64,000 nucleotides of DNA, taken from a virus (Duplodnaviria > Caudoviricetes). Below the pieces are notes generated by a model. It searched no databases, was not told where the DNA came from, and saw only the letters and a list, made by a program, of their open reading frames with translations. Below, piece after piece: positions 61,373-64,000 of this stretch; the first letter of the stretch is position 1; each line of letters starts with the position of its first letter. A program made the position numbers and the translations under genes. Location of the stretch: the IMG/VR virus record IMGVR_UViG_3300020577_003313; one strand, written 5' to 3'.

Positions 61373-61831
61373 TTACCTTGTTGAGTCAATAGACTCAAAC
61401 AATTGCACTACTCGCTCGTAGTGGTGTCTCTGAAGACCAGTACTGAACTCAGTCTTCACAATATGCGGCGCATGGTGCGTATTCATGTCACTGATCTCGT
61501 CATCCAGGATGACATAGCTAGTGACTTCAGGATGCTGGCTGAGCCAAGCATCAATCTCATCACCGCGACGCGTGGAAGTTCCACTTCCATGAGGAGTAGC
61601 ACCAAGCAATCTACCTCGGTACTTCCCTTGCTCACGCAAGATGCCACAGAGGTCTGGGATCTTGTAGAGAAGTCTCCAAGTGCTAGAGACTACAACCTCG
61701 CATTGAGTTTCTTGAACAATGAGATTGAGATACTCGACGGCAGTGGGATCAAGAATATCCCACCGCTTGTAGGCTTGCAAGAATTGTACGGAGTTGAGCA
61801 CTCCATCGAAATCGAGAAAGAGAACTCTCAT
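61373..61831 (-). CDS. HAD phosphatase, Swiss-Army-Knife RNA-repair type
   Basis: LFLDFDGVLN, VVSSTWR, RGDEIDAWL, YVILDD. Confidence 0.8.
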   Translation of the reverse strand: MRVLFLDFDGVLNSVQFLQAYKRWDILDPTAVEYLNLIVQETQCEVVVSSTWRLLYKIPDLCGILREQGKYRGRLLGATPHGSGTSTRRGDEIDAWLSQHPEVTSYVILDDEISDMNTHHAPHIVKTEFSTGLQRHHYERVVQLFESIDSTR

Positions 61832-61859
61832 TTTTTTCCTATTGAGAGAAGAAGTCACT

Positions 61860-63289
61860 GCCTGGTGTTAAATGAGGACCAGCTTTCGTACCCAGTCGTA
61901 GCTCTCTTACGACTTTATTCCAAGCAGCAACATTGTGAGTAAGAAGCTGCAAGATTTTACTTGCATCTACGCAGAGAACATCTGGTAAAAAGCCAGTATT
62001 ATTTTATCTGCGGCGGTTTAGTTAACCTAAGCTTCTAGAATATGGATGGGGCTATAGGATGCTCCCTAGACGCTATTCCCCAAAACGTCATCTCAGGTCC
62101 AGTTACGCTAAAGACTGACCGCTACTGAACTGGAACTAGCGGGTCTATGATCCAGCCACATTTTTTTGCTTCGTATTAGCCCCATGGATTACGTCCATGG
62201 ACCTAGCTAACACTAGACAGAGAAAACGTAGCCAAACTACAATATGCTAGCTGTCACGGTTTTTTGCTAGCTTCCCCAGAGACCACCTCTTGGTGGCTTA
62301 CCGAACGATCTGATCCATTGGGGATAAAAGAACAATTGTCCTGGTGTTATGGTCCCAAGACTATCTCGCCATTCATAGCACGTCCGGTTTACCGGCATGG
62401 TGTATTTACCAAGTCCCTGGGCATGCCACATTACTGTGGACAATGCTTACCTACTTGATAAGCTAGGACTCTCACCTTAGCAAGCAAGATCAACCCATTT
62501 GTTTTTGTCCAACGGACCGATAAGCAGCTAGTTAGGCTGCCCCCATCATCCGCTCTGTTCGCTTTGACGGACAAAATTAAGAGCCTATCGTCTCATGCAC
62601 TACATGAGGATCTCGACTCAACAGTCCTGCTAATCCTATCCAGTGTCACCACTGGCTTATACTAGCAGTTATCCCGCCCTTAGTTAGGCTAAGGCTTTAG
62701 GGTACACCTTTTTTTATTCCGAACATTTCGGATCGGATATCCTAGGCCCTTACGGGCCAAGTATGTTGGTGGATTCTTTATGAGACCACTCGGACTTGAT
62801 ACCACCTACACACCGAGCTTCTTTGGTCTTAGCTTTTGTTCAGATCCCATACCGTTTATTGTCTATTAAACTTACACGGCTTTTCTGGTATGGTAGCCAG
62901 CTGGTCTAAACAAGAGCTTCTCTCATTTTCACTTCGGGTTGAAGGCCCGCGCGTGTTGAGAGTTCTGGTATGGGTTTGTCTCCGCAGGTTTAGTCTGTAA
63001 GCACTCCCATCGTGCTCACAGCCACTAACGTGTCACTAGGACTCCGTATTAGTTTTTCCATGAAGGAAGGAAAAGCTCCGTATTGGCACAAGCGACATTG
63101 CTGTCGTGAGACTTTTCTTGCTACTAGTATATTGGGTTTAAACCAATATGTTAGCAAAGAATTTGTGTCTCGGCACTTAGAGCCTTACCTCAATTAAATA
63201 AAAGACAACGCCTCATACTAATGAGGCCCGATGTTTCTGTGCTTTTATAGTCGGCACTTCATCAGTTATCACGACTCAGTGCTGTTGAA
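61860..63289 (-). ncRNA. Putative very large structured RNA(s), about 1.4 kb
   Basis: No credible ORF in a gene-dense genome; many hairpins, with GNRA loops reading on the minus strand. Confidence 0.6.
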
Positions 63290-63580
63290 TCAGCACTTAT
63301 CGAGGCTAGAAGCCTCGTACCTGTAGACTAGCTGACACCTCTGCGCAGTCATGCTACAGAGATCATCGAAGAGCTGCTTCGTGTGAGCAGTGAGATGAGA
63401 ATCATCGAGGAAGCTTTCTTGAGACTCCCCGCGCACAGCGCGGAGAATCCCAAGCTTACCAACTCGATTGACGAACTGAGCTGTCACAATGACAGTCTTC
63501 AATTCTTCCTCTTCGAAGATCGCCAGCCCTGCTACCGAGTCCTTGCTCGGTAGATTGGTGACAATCAACTGTGCATGCAT
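63290..63580 (-). CDS. Hypothetical protein
   Basis: Start at MHAQLIV overlapping the stop of the upstream gene. Confidence 0.5.
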   Translation of the reverse strand: MHAQLIVTNLPSKDSVAGLAIFEEEELKTVIVTAQFVNRVGKLGILRAVRGESQESFLDDSHLTAHTKQLFDDLCSMTAQRCQLVYRYEASSLDKC

Positions 63581-63858
63581 CAGTTGTCGTCCTCGTCCTT
63601 GCCCGCGATGATCGCGTTCGCCTTCTCTTCCAGCTTGCTGATGGCGTCCTGATACTCCTTCTCGCGGCGGCGACACTTGCGGATCTCGCTCACCATGGCG
63701 TTGATCTGACTCGCCACCGAGCGCAGCTTGTTCTCGATGAGCAGCGCCTTCTCCTGCTGCATCTTCTGCTTGAGGGCCTCGACGGCCGCGCTGCTGACCG
63801 CCTCGTTCTGCTTGTTGAGGAGATTGGAGAGGAACTTGCCGAAGTCTTGGTTCTTCAT
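63580..63858 (-). CDS. Coiled-coil hypothetical protein, high GC
   Basis: Heptad-like sequence; GC-rich third codon positions. Confidence 0.55.
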   Translation of the reverse strand: MKNQDFGKFLSNLLNKQNEAVSSAAVEALKQKMQQEKALLIENKLRSVASQINAMVSEIRKCRRREKEYQDAISKLEEKANAIIAGKDEDDN

Positions 63859-64000
63859 GTGATCGTGTGATTGGTTACAAACGTGAGTCTAAGACACCAA
63901 TAGCTTGACAACGTATCAAGCTCACTGATTCTTAGTTAGATCTAATCAGTTGCCTAAGCCAACTACCGAAGTGGACTAGCTAAGGACTAGTATCTGTCAA

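Noticed and set aside
61860-63289. Group II intron, rRNA, tmRNA, RNase P RNA or CRISPR array
   Set aside because: No domain V, no recognisable conserved signatures and no regularly spaced direct repeats seen by eye; the two short plus-strand ORFs look spurious.
1-64000. Stop-codon reassignment
   Set aside because: Conserved genes are full length under the standard code, TAG and TGA end genes at sensible places, and no suppressor tRNA was seen.
63860-64000. Further structured RNA at the window end
   Set aside because: A few short inverted repeats only, truncated by the window edge.

Overview
Fragment of a large, AT-rich lytic-type bacteriophage genome; almost all genes are on the minus strand and the standard genetic code fits. 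The left part (1-41 kb) is a replication and nucleotide-metabolism block. It holds Orn-like exonuclease, ECF-like sigma factor, class II ribonucleotide reductase with a LAGLIDADG intein, recA split by an 838-nt group I intron with an HNH gene, family A DNA polymerase, a MoxR-like ATPase/vWA pair, family-4 UDG, ThyX, and an adjacent PRPP-synthetase-like + NAMPT-like pair (NARP1-like NAD+ rebuilding). The right part (41.6-64 kb) is a tRNA/ncRNA island with about 14 complete tRNA or tRNA-like genes, Ro60 with three Y-RNA-like genes, RNA-repair-type enzymes, several unexplained structured RNAs and a 1.4-kb hairpin-dense region with no credible ORF. The best candidate for an undescribed system is five free-standing HNH endonuclease genes, each inserted in or at a tRNA gene. 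Three of them form one repeated cassette: an HNH gene on the plus strand whose ATG lies 7-8 nt from the 5' end of a structurally remodelled minus-strand tRNA (Arg-UCU and Lys-UUU with long GNRA-capped variable arms; a D-armless Ile-GAU-like RNA). For Arg and Lys, broken pieces of a resident tRNA with the same anticodon flank the cassette. All protein calls come from motif recognition by eye; no database search was run.
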